Below, in pieces: positions 1 to 7,549 of a stretch of 24,000 nt of DNA. The notes under the pieces were generated by a model. The model had not been told where the DNA came from. It worked only from the letters and a program-made list of their open reading frames with translations, and did no database searches. A program made the position numbers and the translations under genes. Source of the DNA: Methanoplanus endosymbiosus (GTDB lineage: Archaea > Halobacteriota > Methanomicrobia > Methanomicrobiales > Methanomicrobiaceae); contig NZ_CP096115.1 of NCBI RefSeq assembly GCF_024662215.1, positions 2,468,935 to 2,492,934 on the forward strand, written 5' to 3'. The first letter of the stretch is position 1, and each line of letters begins with the position of its first letter.

Positions 1-80
1 ATAACAACCGGATTCTTCCGGATATTCTGAATGATGCCATAGCTGTCCGGACGTATCTTCCGGGTGAAAAAAGATAATTC

Positions 81-1568
81 TCAGAGAAGGGGTGAAAAAA
101 GCCTTGAAACTGAGAGTTTTAATCTTGTAATTTTTGGCAGTGATAAAATGCGATCTGATGTCAGTTCTGTGCAGTCTGAGAGATCTTTTAAGAAGTATTC
201 CTTTAACTCTCCTGCAATATTTCTGTCATACATTATGGCATTTGTCTCGAAATTGAGCCTGAAACTTCTTACATCCCAGTTTGCACTTCCAACGGATGCA
301 GCGACATCGTCAACGACAATTGTTTTGGCGTGGATAAAGCCATCATTATAGGTATAGGCTTTAACTCCGGCATCAAGTAACTGTTCGATATATGAATATC
401 CTGCCCAGTAAACAAACAGGTGATCAGGTTTTGACGGAATGATTATTCTTACATCTATTCCTGATAAAGCTGCCATTCGCAGGGCATCCATAATGCTCTC
501 ATCAGGAATGAAATACGGGGTCTGAATATAGACTGACTCTGTTGCAAGGGTTATCATCTTCAGATAGGATTCTTTTATTGGATTCCAGTAGTTATCAGGA
601 CCTCCTGAAACAATCTGAACAGGTACATTGCCACTGTTTTCAGTCTTATCTCCGTTCATCTCCGGGAAATATCTTCCTTTCAGTTCAATCTGTTCATCTT
701 TTGCGGCATAATTCCAGTCAAGAATGAATCTTATCTGCATGGCCATTACTGAGTGGCCTTTGATCTCGACAGCGGTATCTCTCCATGGTGCCCATTCCGG
801 AATACGACCCAGATAATCATCTCCAATGTTAAATCCCCCTATAAATCCTGTTTTACCGTCAATTACTGCAATTTTTCTGTGGTTCCTGTAATTTATCCTG
901 GGGTGTTTTATGGCTACCAGGGATGGGAAGAAGAAGGCATATTTTCCCCCGGCTTTTTTAAATGGTTCATAAAATGTCTTTTTGGGTCCTGCACACCCAA
1001 GTCCGTCACCAAGGAACCTGACTGTCACACCTGCCTTTGCACGTTCTGTGAGTGCAGAAAACACTTCCTGCCCGATCTCATCGTCTTTTAAGATATAATA
1101 CTCCATGTGGATGTGGTCTTCTGCACTCCTGATAGCTTTTAGAAGAGCTGCAAACTTATCATTTCCGTCAACAAAAACATTTACCCTGTTTTTGGTTGTC
1201 AATGCAGCCCTGTTGCTCTCCATAAGCATCAGAATCATCCGTTTGTAGGGATCATACAGTGTTTTTTCCACCGGAAGATCTTTTGTAATAAGCTCCTTTT
1301 TTTGTGATTCTATTATTTCTGTAATTGCCTGATCTTCCTCTTTTTTTATCCGGAACATTCTTTCACGGTAAAAACTCTGACCGACAAAGAGGTAGAGGAC
1401 AAATCCTATAACCGGAACGAAAATAAGTGCTAAAAGCCATGCAACTGTGGCAGATGGATTTTTTCTCTCAATAAAAACAACTGCCAGAGCAAAAATCATA
1501 TTTGCTATAATTATAATTGGTATTATCAGATCCCAGATCAACTGGATAATTTCATTTATTATCATCAC
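81..1568 (-). CDS. cls: Cardiolipin synthase (phospholipase D superfamily, ClsA-type)
   Basis: 495-aa ORF. Two N-terminal hydrophobic helices (IIPIIIIANMIFALAVVFI; WLLALIFVPVIGFVLYLFV) are followed by two HKD motifs, HRKIAVIDGKTGFIGGFNIGDDY and HAKTIVVDDVAASVGSANWDVRS. A T-run follows the stop on the minus strand (plus-strand A-run 67-72). Confidence 0.9.
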   Translation of the reverse strand: MMIINEIIQLIWDLIIPIIIIANMIFALAVVFIERKNPSATVAWLLALIFVPVIGFVLYLFVGQSFYRERMFRIKKEEDQAITEIIESQKKELITKDLPVEKTLYDPYKRMILMLMESNRAALTTKNRVNVFVDGNDKFAALLKAIRSAEDHIHMEYYILKDDEIGQEVFSALTERAKAGVTVRFLGDGLGCAGPKKTFYEPFKKAGGKYAFFFPSLVAIKHPRINYRNHRKIAVIDGKTGFIGGFNIGDDYLGRIPEWAPWRDTAVEIKGHSVMAMQIRFILDWNYAAKDEQIELKGRYFPEMNGDKTENSGNVPVQIVSGGPDNYWNPIKESYLKMITLATESVYIQTPYFIPDESIMDALRMAALSGIDVRIIIPSKPDHLFVYWAGYSYIEQLLDAGVKAYTYNDGFIHAKTIVVDDVAASVGSANWDVRSFRLNFETNAIMYDRNIAGELKEYFLKDLSDCTELTSDRILSLPKITRLKLSVSRLFSPLL

Positions 1569-1866
1569 CGCCGGTTATATCTATTAAATAACTGATAATT
1601 GTGATTTTACTGCAAAGGATATAATATGAGTGAAATTATTTTTCATAACCTGCTGAGACTGTTGCATGCTTATTTTTCAGCTGGCTATGAGCCAGTTATA
1701 TAATATATCCCGGCTGATTCTGACGGTTATATTGCTCTGTTATCTCACTTTTCTGAATAATACTGCTTTAAGGTAATCCTCTGTATTTTCAAAGAGAGGT
1801 TCAGTTTCACAGATCCTTCAAAATAGCATATTACTCCTGTTGTGTTGATTATGGGTGAGAAAAGAT

Positions 1867-2095
1867 CTAAAAAATGAGTTTTAAAAATATTGTCTGACTG
1901 GATCAGAAATCAGTCATGATCCTGAACTGGTCGATCTCTTCCTTGTTCATCTCTTCAAGGAACTGCTCTGCCGGGTTCCGGATGTTCTTGGATGCTGTAA
2001 TTGCCCTTCCGACAACTAAAATATCAGCGCCTGCCTTAAGTGCGTCCTTTACAACATGCTGCCTGACAACGCCTGCGGTTGCGACAGGAAGATTT
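1867..2095. repeat. Direct repeat copy A (~230 bp): duplicated 3' end plus 3' flank of fae-hps
   Basis: Hand alignment with 2736-2968. The coding part 1903-2095 versus 2776-2968 has equal length with 8 mismatches in 193 nt. About 35 nt downstream of the stop codon is also shared, with small indels. Confidence 0.9.
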
Positions 2096-2142
2096 GATAT
2101 TAGCGGTAAGGCAGTTGACCTGTTGCTTTTGTAAACTGCCAT
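1903..2142 (-). pseudogene. Remnant of the fae-hps C-terminus (HPS-domain tail only)
   Basis: In this 79-aa ORF the last ~62 aa (VATAGVVRQHVVKDALKAGADILVVGRAITASKNIRNPAEQFLEEMNKEEIDQFRIMTDF) are a near copy of the C-terminus of the intact gene at 2776-3966. The N-terminal ~17 aa are unrelated. The Fae domain and most of the HPS barrel are missing. Confidence 0.8.
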
Positions 2143-2191
2143 TTAAGGTGTAGAGGATGAGGGAATGTAGTATTTTCCCATCCCGGCTATC

Positions 2192-2425
2192 TCATTGATT
2201 ATAATATTCCAGGAATTCTTCTCTTGATATGCCGGCCTGATTACATATCACCCTTAATGTTGAACCTTTAATTTTACTATGATTGGGAAGTGTGAGCGGA
2301 GTTTTTGTACCGTCAGGATTACTCCGTTGCATTGAGATGTGATTTCCTGCCCTGACTGTTACAAACCCGAGTAATTCAAATGTTTTTAGAGCTTTTGCAA
2401 TTGGTACATCCTGTGGAAACTTCAT
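2192..2425 (-). CDS. hicA: HicA-family toxin (YcfA-like mRNA interferase), divergent
   Basis: 77 aa. The pattern ALKTFELLGFVTVRAGNHISMQR...PLTLPNHSKIKGSTLRVICNQAGISREEF matches the HicA fold pattern (GxH, then a basic beta-hairpin, then QAGI). Its ATG overlaps the upstream hicB stop as TGATG (2423-2427). Confidence 0.7.
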   Translation of the reverse strand: MKFPQDVPIAKALKTFELLGFVTVRAGNHISMQRSNPDGTKTPLTLPNHSKIKGSTLRVICNQAGISREEFLEYYNQ

Positions 2426-2640
2426 CAGACTGCAACCTCTGCCACAAAGGTTTCCAGTATCTCCTCATTTTCAAATACCTCACTTCCAAATGATTCTATG
2501 TGGTACTCAATCGCAGATTTAACGTCTGAAAGTGCTTCTTCATATGTGTCGCCTTCACCAATTACTACCCCTTTCAGGCCAATGGGGTATGCAATATAAC
2601 CATCTTCATGTTTTTCAACGATAATTTTTAAGTTCCGCAT
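2425..2640 (-). CDS. hicB: HicB-family antitoxin (UPF0150-like)
   Basis: MRNLKIIVEKHEDGYIAYPIGLKGVVIGEGDTYEEALSDVKSAIEYHIESFG is a typical HicB N-terminal domain. The start is chosen at the ATG at 2640; the ORF extends to an alternative ATG at 2679. It lies immediately upstream of hicA and is translationally coupled to it. Confidence 0.7.
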   Translation of the reverse strand: MRNLKIIVEKHEDGYIAYPIGLKGVVIGEGDTYEEALSDVKSAIEYHIESFGSEVFENEEILETFVAEVAV

Positions 2641-2735
2641 AATTATGAGTATTTGTTTTTCCGTTATATTAATTCTCATACATTCTGCTAAACAGAGTAT
2701 AATGCCATTTATGGCGAAATTTGCGGTAAATGGAG

Positions 2736-2968
2736 CTAAAAAAAGAAGTTCTGAAAAAAATATTGTCTTTCCAGATCAGAAATCAGTCATGATCCTGAAC
2801 TGGTCGATCTCTTCCTTGTTCATCTCTTCAAGGAACTGCTCTGCCGAGTTCTGGATATTCTTGGATGCTGTAATTGCCCTTCCGACAACTAAAATATCAG
2901 CGCCTGCCTTAAGTGCGTCCTTAACAACATGCTGCCTGACACCGCCTGCGGTTGCGACAAGGAGTTTT
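2736..2968. repeat. Direct repeat copy B (inside and just downstream of intact fae-hps)
   Basis: Partner of 1867-2095. See the alignment evidence given for copy A. Confidence 0.9.
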
Positions 2969-3966
2969 CCGCCGGCAGCTTCCTTTATTGCCGGAATGTC
3001 GCCCCAGTTGTAGTCATCGCCTTCAGCGTCAATTGCACGGTGCATCTCTACAATGCTTGGTATTGCGCCTTCTTTTGCAAGTTTCTCAATGAGAGCTGCC
3101 GGCTTATCGACATTGAGCATGTCAATGACTGAGTAGATGCCGGTCTTCTTTGCTTCCTGAATGAACTTGACAATGGTTGGCACAGGTGCAAGTCCGGATA
3201 CAACAACAGCGTCTGCGGATGCATTTGCTGCCATTCTTGCCTCAAGGTTTCCGGTATCAAGGGTCTTTAAGTCAGCGATGATGAATGCATCAGGTCTGAT
3301 CTTTCTGATCTCACCTATTACTGAGAGACCGAACTGCTTAATCAGAGGTGTTCCTGCCTCAATTAATACATGGTCATTCTTAGGCACTGATGTTAAGACT
3401 CTCTCAACAGACTTCATGTCAACAAGATCCATGGCCACCTGAAGGTATGGCGGGTCCCAGAGCCTGTGTACCTTGAATCCCATAACTGCGTGTCCTGCAC
3501 GGTCCTTCTCTTTGAGAACTGTCTCTTTGTCAGGGAATCCTGCAAATGCACGGGTGATTGCGAGCTTTGTTGAACCGTAGTTGTAGCGGTAAATCCTGTT
3601 GTAGTCCTTTGCATCCGGATGAAGGAATGCACTTACGAGGAGTACAATATCCTCTATGTTATTGTCACCGAATGCGCCCTCTTCAACTGAATCTGCAACA
3701 GCCTTTGCAACTGCTGCCTGGACTGCGCCAAACATTGCATTGACCTGTGCTCCTGTCTTAAGTGTTACCTTAGGAATAATGAGTGTTGCAGGCTTTGTTA
3801 AGAGATTGGGTCTTATTACTGCCAGAAGTGGTGTATGTCCGGGTGACAGCTGTGACATTGCGTTTGCGAATGCCATGCCGACCGGGCCGGTCTTTTCGCC
3901 GGCTAAAAGATCAATATGTGCAAGTTCTGCACCTTCGCCCTCCAGGGCTTCGCCTACTAAATACAT
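2776..3966 (-). CDS. fae-hps: Bifunctional formaldehyde-activating enzyme / 3-hexulose-6-phosphate synthase (Fae/Hps)
   Basis: 396 aa. The N-terminal ~160 aa are Fae-like (MYLVGEALEGEGAELAHIDLL...GPVGMAFANAM...PLLAVIRPNL). The C-terminal ~230 aa form an OMP-decarboxylase-fold HPS (FIIADLKTLDTGNLE...VVSGLA...GADILVVGRAIT). This fusion is typical of methanogens. Confidence 0.9.
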   Translation of the reverse strand: MYLVGEALEGEGAELAHIDLLAGEKTGPVGMAFANAMSQLSPGHTPLLAVIRPNLLTKPATLIIPKVTLKTGAQVNAMFGAVQAAVAKAVADSVEEGAFGDNNIEDIVLLVSAFLHPDAKDYNRIYRYNYGSTKLAITRAFAGFPDKETVLKEKDRAGHAVMGFKVHRLWDPPYLQVAMDLVDMKSVERVLTSVPKNDHVLIEAGTPLIKQFGLSVIGEIRKIRPDAFIIADLKTLDTGNLEARMAANASADAVVVSGLAPVPTIVKFIQEAKKTGIYSVIDMLNVDKPAALIEKLAKEGAIPSIVEMHRAIDAEGDDYNWGDIPAIKEAAGGKLLVATAGGVRQHVVKDALKAGADILVVGRAITASKNIQNSAEQFLEEMNKEEIDQFRIMTDF

Positions 3967-4059
3967 TGAATTTCCTACCTGTCTTATATTATGGTTTTTA
4001 ATGGTAAAAATAGATGCTTAAGTTACAGATGTCTCTGAAGGAATAATTTTTACAAAAGG

Positions 4060-4246
4060 TGGGGTCGGTGAGATTTGAACTCACGATCGACGGGTCTCTC
4101 CGAATATGCATGCTCACACGCTGAAACTCATCAATTGGTTTTTACATCAGCGCTCCAACGGATCATCATCAAATCAGTAGACCCATTGTTCATCACACGC
4201 AAAGACCGTTGGAGCCCGTCGCCATGCCGGACTAGGCCACGACCCC
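4060..4246 (-). tRNA. tRNA-Trp: tRNA-Trp (anticodon CCA) with a 113-nt intron at the canonical 37/38 position
   Basis: The minus strand reads GGGGTCG-TG-GCCTAGTCCGGCATGGC-G-ACGGG-CTCCAA[intron]A-CCCGT-CGATC-GTGAG-TTCAAAT-CTCAC-CGACCCC-A. The acceptor (7 bp), anticodon (5 bp) and T (5 bp) stems are all Watson-Crick. Exons are 4209-4246 and 4060-4095, giving a 74-nt mature tRNA. CTCC (positions 32-35) can pair with GGAG near the intron 3' end. That leaves 3-nt bulges at both splice sites, resembling a bulge-helix-bulge (BHB) motif. Confidence 0.9.
4096..4208 (-). ncRNA. Box C/D guide RNA embedded in the tRNA-Trp intron
   Basis: The boxes occur in canonical order: C GTGATGA, 12-nt spacer ACAATGGGTCTA, D' CTGA, C' ATGATGA, 12-nt spacer TCCGTTGGAGCG, D CTGA. 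The core spans plus-strand 4147-4196. The D guide is 10/10 complementary to GCTCCAACGG, which spans the anticodon loop and the exon-intron junction. This places the 5th nt upstream of box D opposite C34. The D' guide pairs with AGACCCGT and places the 5th nt opposite C39. Confidence 0.8.
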
Positions 4247-4339
4247 TAGTGCCTATACTATAATGACATATGTTCATTTAAAAATTTTGATATGAATCTC
4301 CGGCATTTTTATTTTTTTAATCAGCCAATGTAATAAGGT

Positions 4340-6040
4340 ATGGCCAATATCAGTTATGCTAATGGTACTTCATCAATACCTCTCATCGGGGAGACAATAG
4401 GCGAAATGCTGGAGAGAATCAGCAATTCCTACCCTGAAACTGAAGCACTCGTGTCGGTTGATCAGAATATCAGATGGACCTACAGTGAATTTTTAGAGAA
4501 AGTGGATGAAGTAGCGCTTAGTCTCATGGCCATAGGGGTCAACAAGGGCGACCGTGTCGGTATCTGGGCGCTGAATTATGCAGAATGGATAGTTGTCCAG
4601 TTTGCAAGCGCCAGATGCGGCGCAATCATGGTCAATATCAACCCCGCATACCGGACATTTGAGCTTGAATACACGCTCAAGCAGGCTGAGGTGAACACCC
4701 TCATACTCCAGGGGAGATTTAAGAGTTCAGATTATGTCGGCATGCTGTATGAGGCCTGTCCTGATGTAATTGAGTCAAGGCCCGGCAAGATAAGCACAGA
4801 AAAGTTCCCATTCCTCAGAAATGTCATATTCCTTGGTGATGTTCCGTACAACGGCATGTTCACCTGGGACGAATTCATCGGTAAGGGGAAAAATATCAGC
4901 CCTGATGAACTGACTGAGCGCGGTGATTCCCTCTCCTTTGATGACCCAATAAATATCCAGTACACAAGCGGGACAACAGGATATCCTAAAGGTGTCGTCC
5001 TCACCCACCACAATGTCTTAAACAACGGTTATACCATAGGTAACGGGATGAAATTCACCGAGAAGGACCGGCTATGTATTCCTGTGCCGTTCTACCACTG
5101 CTTTGGAATGGTCCTCTCAAACCTTGCCTGTGTGACGCACGGTTCAACTATGGTTATACCGTCTCCGGCATTTGATCCGGAAGCTGTCTTAAAGGCCATT
5201 GACAAAGAGAAATGCACAGCCGTTCACGGTGTTCCGACAATGTTCATCGCCGAACTTAAGCACCCGAATTTCAACAAATACAAGTATGATACCCTCCGTA
5301 CCGGGATTATGGCCGGATCTCCATGCCCCATTGAGGTAATGAAGGCTGTAAATCAGAAGATGAATATGAGTGACATAGTCATTGTGTACGGCCAGACTGA
5401 GACATCTCCCGGAGTTACCATGACAACAACCGAGGATCCTATTGAGATGAGGGTATCAACGGTTGGCAGGACATTCCCGCATGTCGAGATTAAGATTGTT
5501 GATCCCGTCACACAGAAGATCGTTCCAAGGGGTGAACCCGGAGAGATCTGTGCAAGGGGTTATGTTGTGATGAAATGCTACTACAACAATCCAAGCGCCA
5601 CAAGGCATACCATTGACGCGGATAAATGGAATCACACGGGTGACCTTGGCATAATGGATGAGGAAGGTTTTGTCAAGATTGTCGGCAGGTTAAAGGAGAT
5701 GGTCATACGCGGCGGAGAGAATATCTATCCGCGTGAGATCGAGGAGTTCCTGCATACAAACCCCAAGGTGCTTGATGCCTATGTAATCGGAGTTCCGGAT
5801 GAGAAATACGGCGAAGAGCTTATGGCCTGGGTTAAACTGCATGAAGGCTTGACAATGACAGGTGAGGAATTAAAGGAGTTCTGCGACGGTCGGATTGCAA
5901 GATACAAGATTCCGAAATATGTCAAATTTGTGGATGACTTCCCTATGACAGTCTCAGGAAAGATCAGGAAGGGTGAGATGAGGGAAATCTCGATAACAGA
6001 GCTTGGTCTTGAAAAAGAAGCGGATATAAAAACTGCCTGA
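4340..6040 (+). CDS. AMP-dependent acyl-CoA synthetase/ligase (FadD/ACSF2-like)
   Basis: 566 aa. It has the AMP-binding signature IQYTSGTTGYPKGVVLTHHN, plus YGQTETSP, TGDLG..DEEGF..IVGRLKE and C-terminal GKIRK motifs of the ANL adenylating superfamily. Substrate cannot be assigned from the sequence. Confidence 0.85.
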   Translation: MANISYANGTSSIPLIGETIGEMLERISNSYPETEALVSVDQNIRWTYSEFLEKVDEVALSLMAIGVNKGDRVGIWALNYAEWIVVQFASARCGAIMVNINPAYRTFELEYTLKQAEVNTLILQGRFKSSDYVGMLYEACPDVIESRPGKISTEKFPFLRNVIFLGDVPYNGMFTWDEFIGKGKNISPDELTERGDSLSFDDPINIQYTSGTTGYPKGVVLTHHNVLNNGYTIGNGMKFTEKDRLCIPVPFYHCFGMVLSNLACVTHGSTMVIPSPAFDPEAVLKAIDKEKCTAVHGVPTMFIAELKHPNFNKYKYDTLRTGIMAGSPCPIEVMKAVNQKMNMSDIVIVYGQTETSPGVTMTTTEDPIEMRVSTVGRTFPHVEIKIVDPVTQKIVPRGEPGEICARGYVVMKCYYNNPSATRHTIDADKWNHTGDLGIMDEEGFVKIVGRLKEMVIRGGENIYPREIEEFLHTNPKVLDAYVIGVPDEKYGEELMAWVKLHEGLTMTGEELKEFCDGRIARYKIPKYVKFVDDFPMTVSGKIRKGEMREISITELGLEKEADIKTA

Positions 6041-6068
6041 TTTCAGGCAGAAATTACATATTTTTTTT
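6033..6068 (+). terminator. Inverted repeat plus T8 run at the convergent gene junction
   Basis: CTGCCTGA-TT-TCAGGCAG (6033-6050) overlaps the stop codon and is followed by TTTTTTTT (6061-6068). Oligo-T tracts act as archaeal termination signals. Confidence 0.45.
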
Positions 6069-6102
6069 GATTATCAGTATTTATCTGAGCCCGAATTTCC
6101 GG

Positions 6103-7428
6103 CTATTTATCTGACCTTGATACAAGGTTTTTAGCAATCTCAGATGCCTGTCTTAGGGTCTCCTCCTCGCCGGGTATGTATCCGTCAGCCATTAATATCC
6201 TGCCATTGCAGATGACGGTATTTACAGCATTTGCTCCGGCTGAGTAGATGATGTTTGAGACCGGATTATAGAGCGGAGTCATGCAGGGTGTTTTTCTGTC
6301 CAGCAGCACAATATCCGCATACTGTCCTTCCTCAATCTTTCCGTTTCCAAAGCCAAGCGCTTTTGCACCGGAAGAAGTGATCATATCAAGGGCTTCTCCG
6401 GCGGGGAGGATGGTGTCAGAATTCCAGTAAAACTTCTGGAGCAGGGCTGCAAATTTTGCCTCTTCGAGAATGTCAAGGTTGTTGTTTGATGAGCATCCGT
6501 CTGTGCCAAGGGTTACATTTACTCCTGAATTCCTGAGGTCTTTGTATGGCATTGCACGGTTGACTGCAAGTTTCATATTGCTTGCAGGGTTGTGGGATAC
6601 AAAAACTCCTCTCTTTCCGAGAAGACTGCATTCTTCCTCATCAAGCCAGCAGCAGTGTGCAGCAACTGTTCTTTCAGAGAGGCATCCGCATTCATCCAGG
6701 AGTTGTGCCGGACGCATTTTGTTTGCTTCAATGCAGTCCTTTACTTCCTGTTCTGTCTCGCTCAGGTGAATATGCAGGTGTATATCCTCCTTCTCTGCAA
6801 AACCGGCGCACCATTTCAGTGCATCCTTTGAGACTGTGTAGGGTGCATGAGGGCCGACAGCCGCTTTGATACGTGGGTTGTTGAGCGATTTTATATGTGA
6901 AACAAGGTTTTTTGTTGCCTTAATCTCATTCTCCCTCTTCTCAGCGTCACCAAAATCAATGAACCCGTGTGAGAGCACTGCTTTCATTCCGGTCTCATCA
7001 ACCGCCTTTGCAGCTGACTCCATGAAGAAGTACATGTCATTAAATGCAACCGTTCCGCTTCTGATCATCTCCATACAGGCGAGTTTTGTGCCCCAGTACA
7101 CATCATCAGCCTGAAGGTGCGCCTCAAGCGGCCAGATCTTCTCTGACAGCCACTCCTGAAGGTGCATATCATCTGCATATCCTCTCAGAAGTGACATTGC
7201 CGCATGTGTGTGTGTGTTTACAAAACCGGGCACTGCAATCATATCCGAGGCCTCAACTACAATGTCTGCCTCATTTTCAGGTTTTCTGTCGGATTTAAAT
7301 CCAACAGCTGCAATGATTCCGTCTTCGTCTATCAGTATGCCTCTCTTTCCGTCAGCAGTTTTTGCATCTTTCAGGAAAACAGACATTTTGCCTTTAAAAA
7401 TATCATCATCAAGATAGTCAGGGGTCAT
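6103..7428 (-). CDS. mtaD: Amidohydrolase: 5-methylthioadenosine / S-adenosylhomocysteine / 5'-deoxyadenosine deaminase (MtaD/DadD family)
   Basis: 441 aa. It has the metal-binding motif GFVNTHTHAAMSLLRGYADDMHLQEWL, plus HLSET, HCCWL and TDG motifs of the MtaD/TrzA-type deaminases. The true start may be the internal ATG at 7386 (MSVFLKDAKT...). Confidence 0.8.
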   Translation of the reverse strand: MTPDYLDDDIFKGKMSVFLKDAKTADGKRGILIDEDGIIAAVGFKSDRKPENEADIVVEASDMIAVPGFVNTHTHAAMSLLRGYADDMHLQEWLSEKIWPLEAHLQADDVYWGTKLACMEMIRSGTVAFNDMYFFMESAAKAVDETGMKAVLSHGFIDFGDAEKRENEIKATKNLVSHIKSLNNPRIKAAVGPHAPYTVSKDALKWCAGFAEKEDIHLHIHLSETEQEVKDCIEANKMRPAQLLDECGCLSERTVAAHCCWLDEEECSLLGKRGVFVSHNPASNMKLAVNRAMPYKDLRNSGVNVTLGTDGCSSNNNLDILEEAKFAALLQKFYWNSDTILPAGEALDMITSSGAKALGFGNGKIEEGQYADIVLLDRKTPCMTPLYNPVSNIIYSAGANAVNTVICNGRILMADGYIPGEEETLRQASEIAKNLVSRSDK

Positions 7429-7549
7429 AATATAACTTCCATTATTTGTTTAAGCTATTTATATCCGGAATTAATAATATGTCTGAAAAGTTTTTGGATT
7501 ACAGGTACAGGAGAAGGATTCCTGCTGCAATAACCGGTATAATTCCGGT

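Noticed and set aside
1916-3013. Plus-strand ORFs 1916-2134 and 2645-3013 with near-identical peptide segments
   Set aside because: Both are antisense shadows of the duplicated fae-hps 3' end. Their similarity to each other is simply a consequence of the DNA repeat.
3048-4021. Multiple 60-120-aa ORFs on both strands within fae-hps (e.g. 3161-3442, 3414-3632, 3656-4021)
   Set aside because: All are shadow ORFs inside a gene with a strong family match. None has independent support.
4075-4263. 62-aa plus-strand ORF
   Set aside because: It lies entirely antisense to the intron-containing tRNA-Trp gene. The RNA gene explains the conservation of this stretch, and the ORF has no start context.
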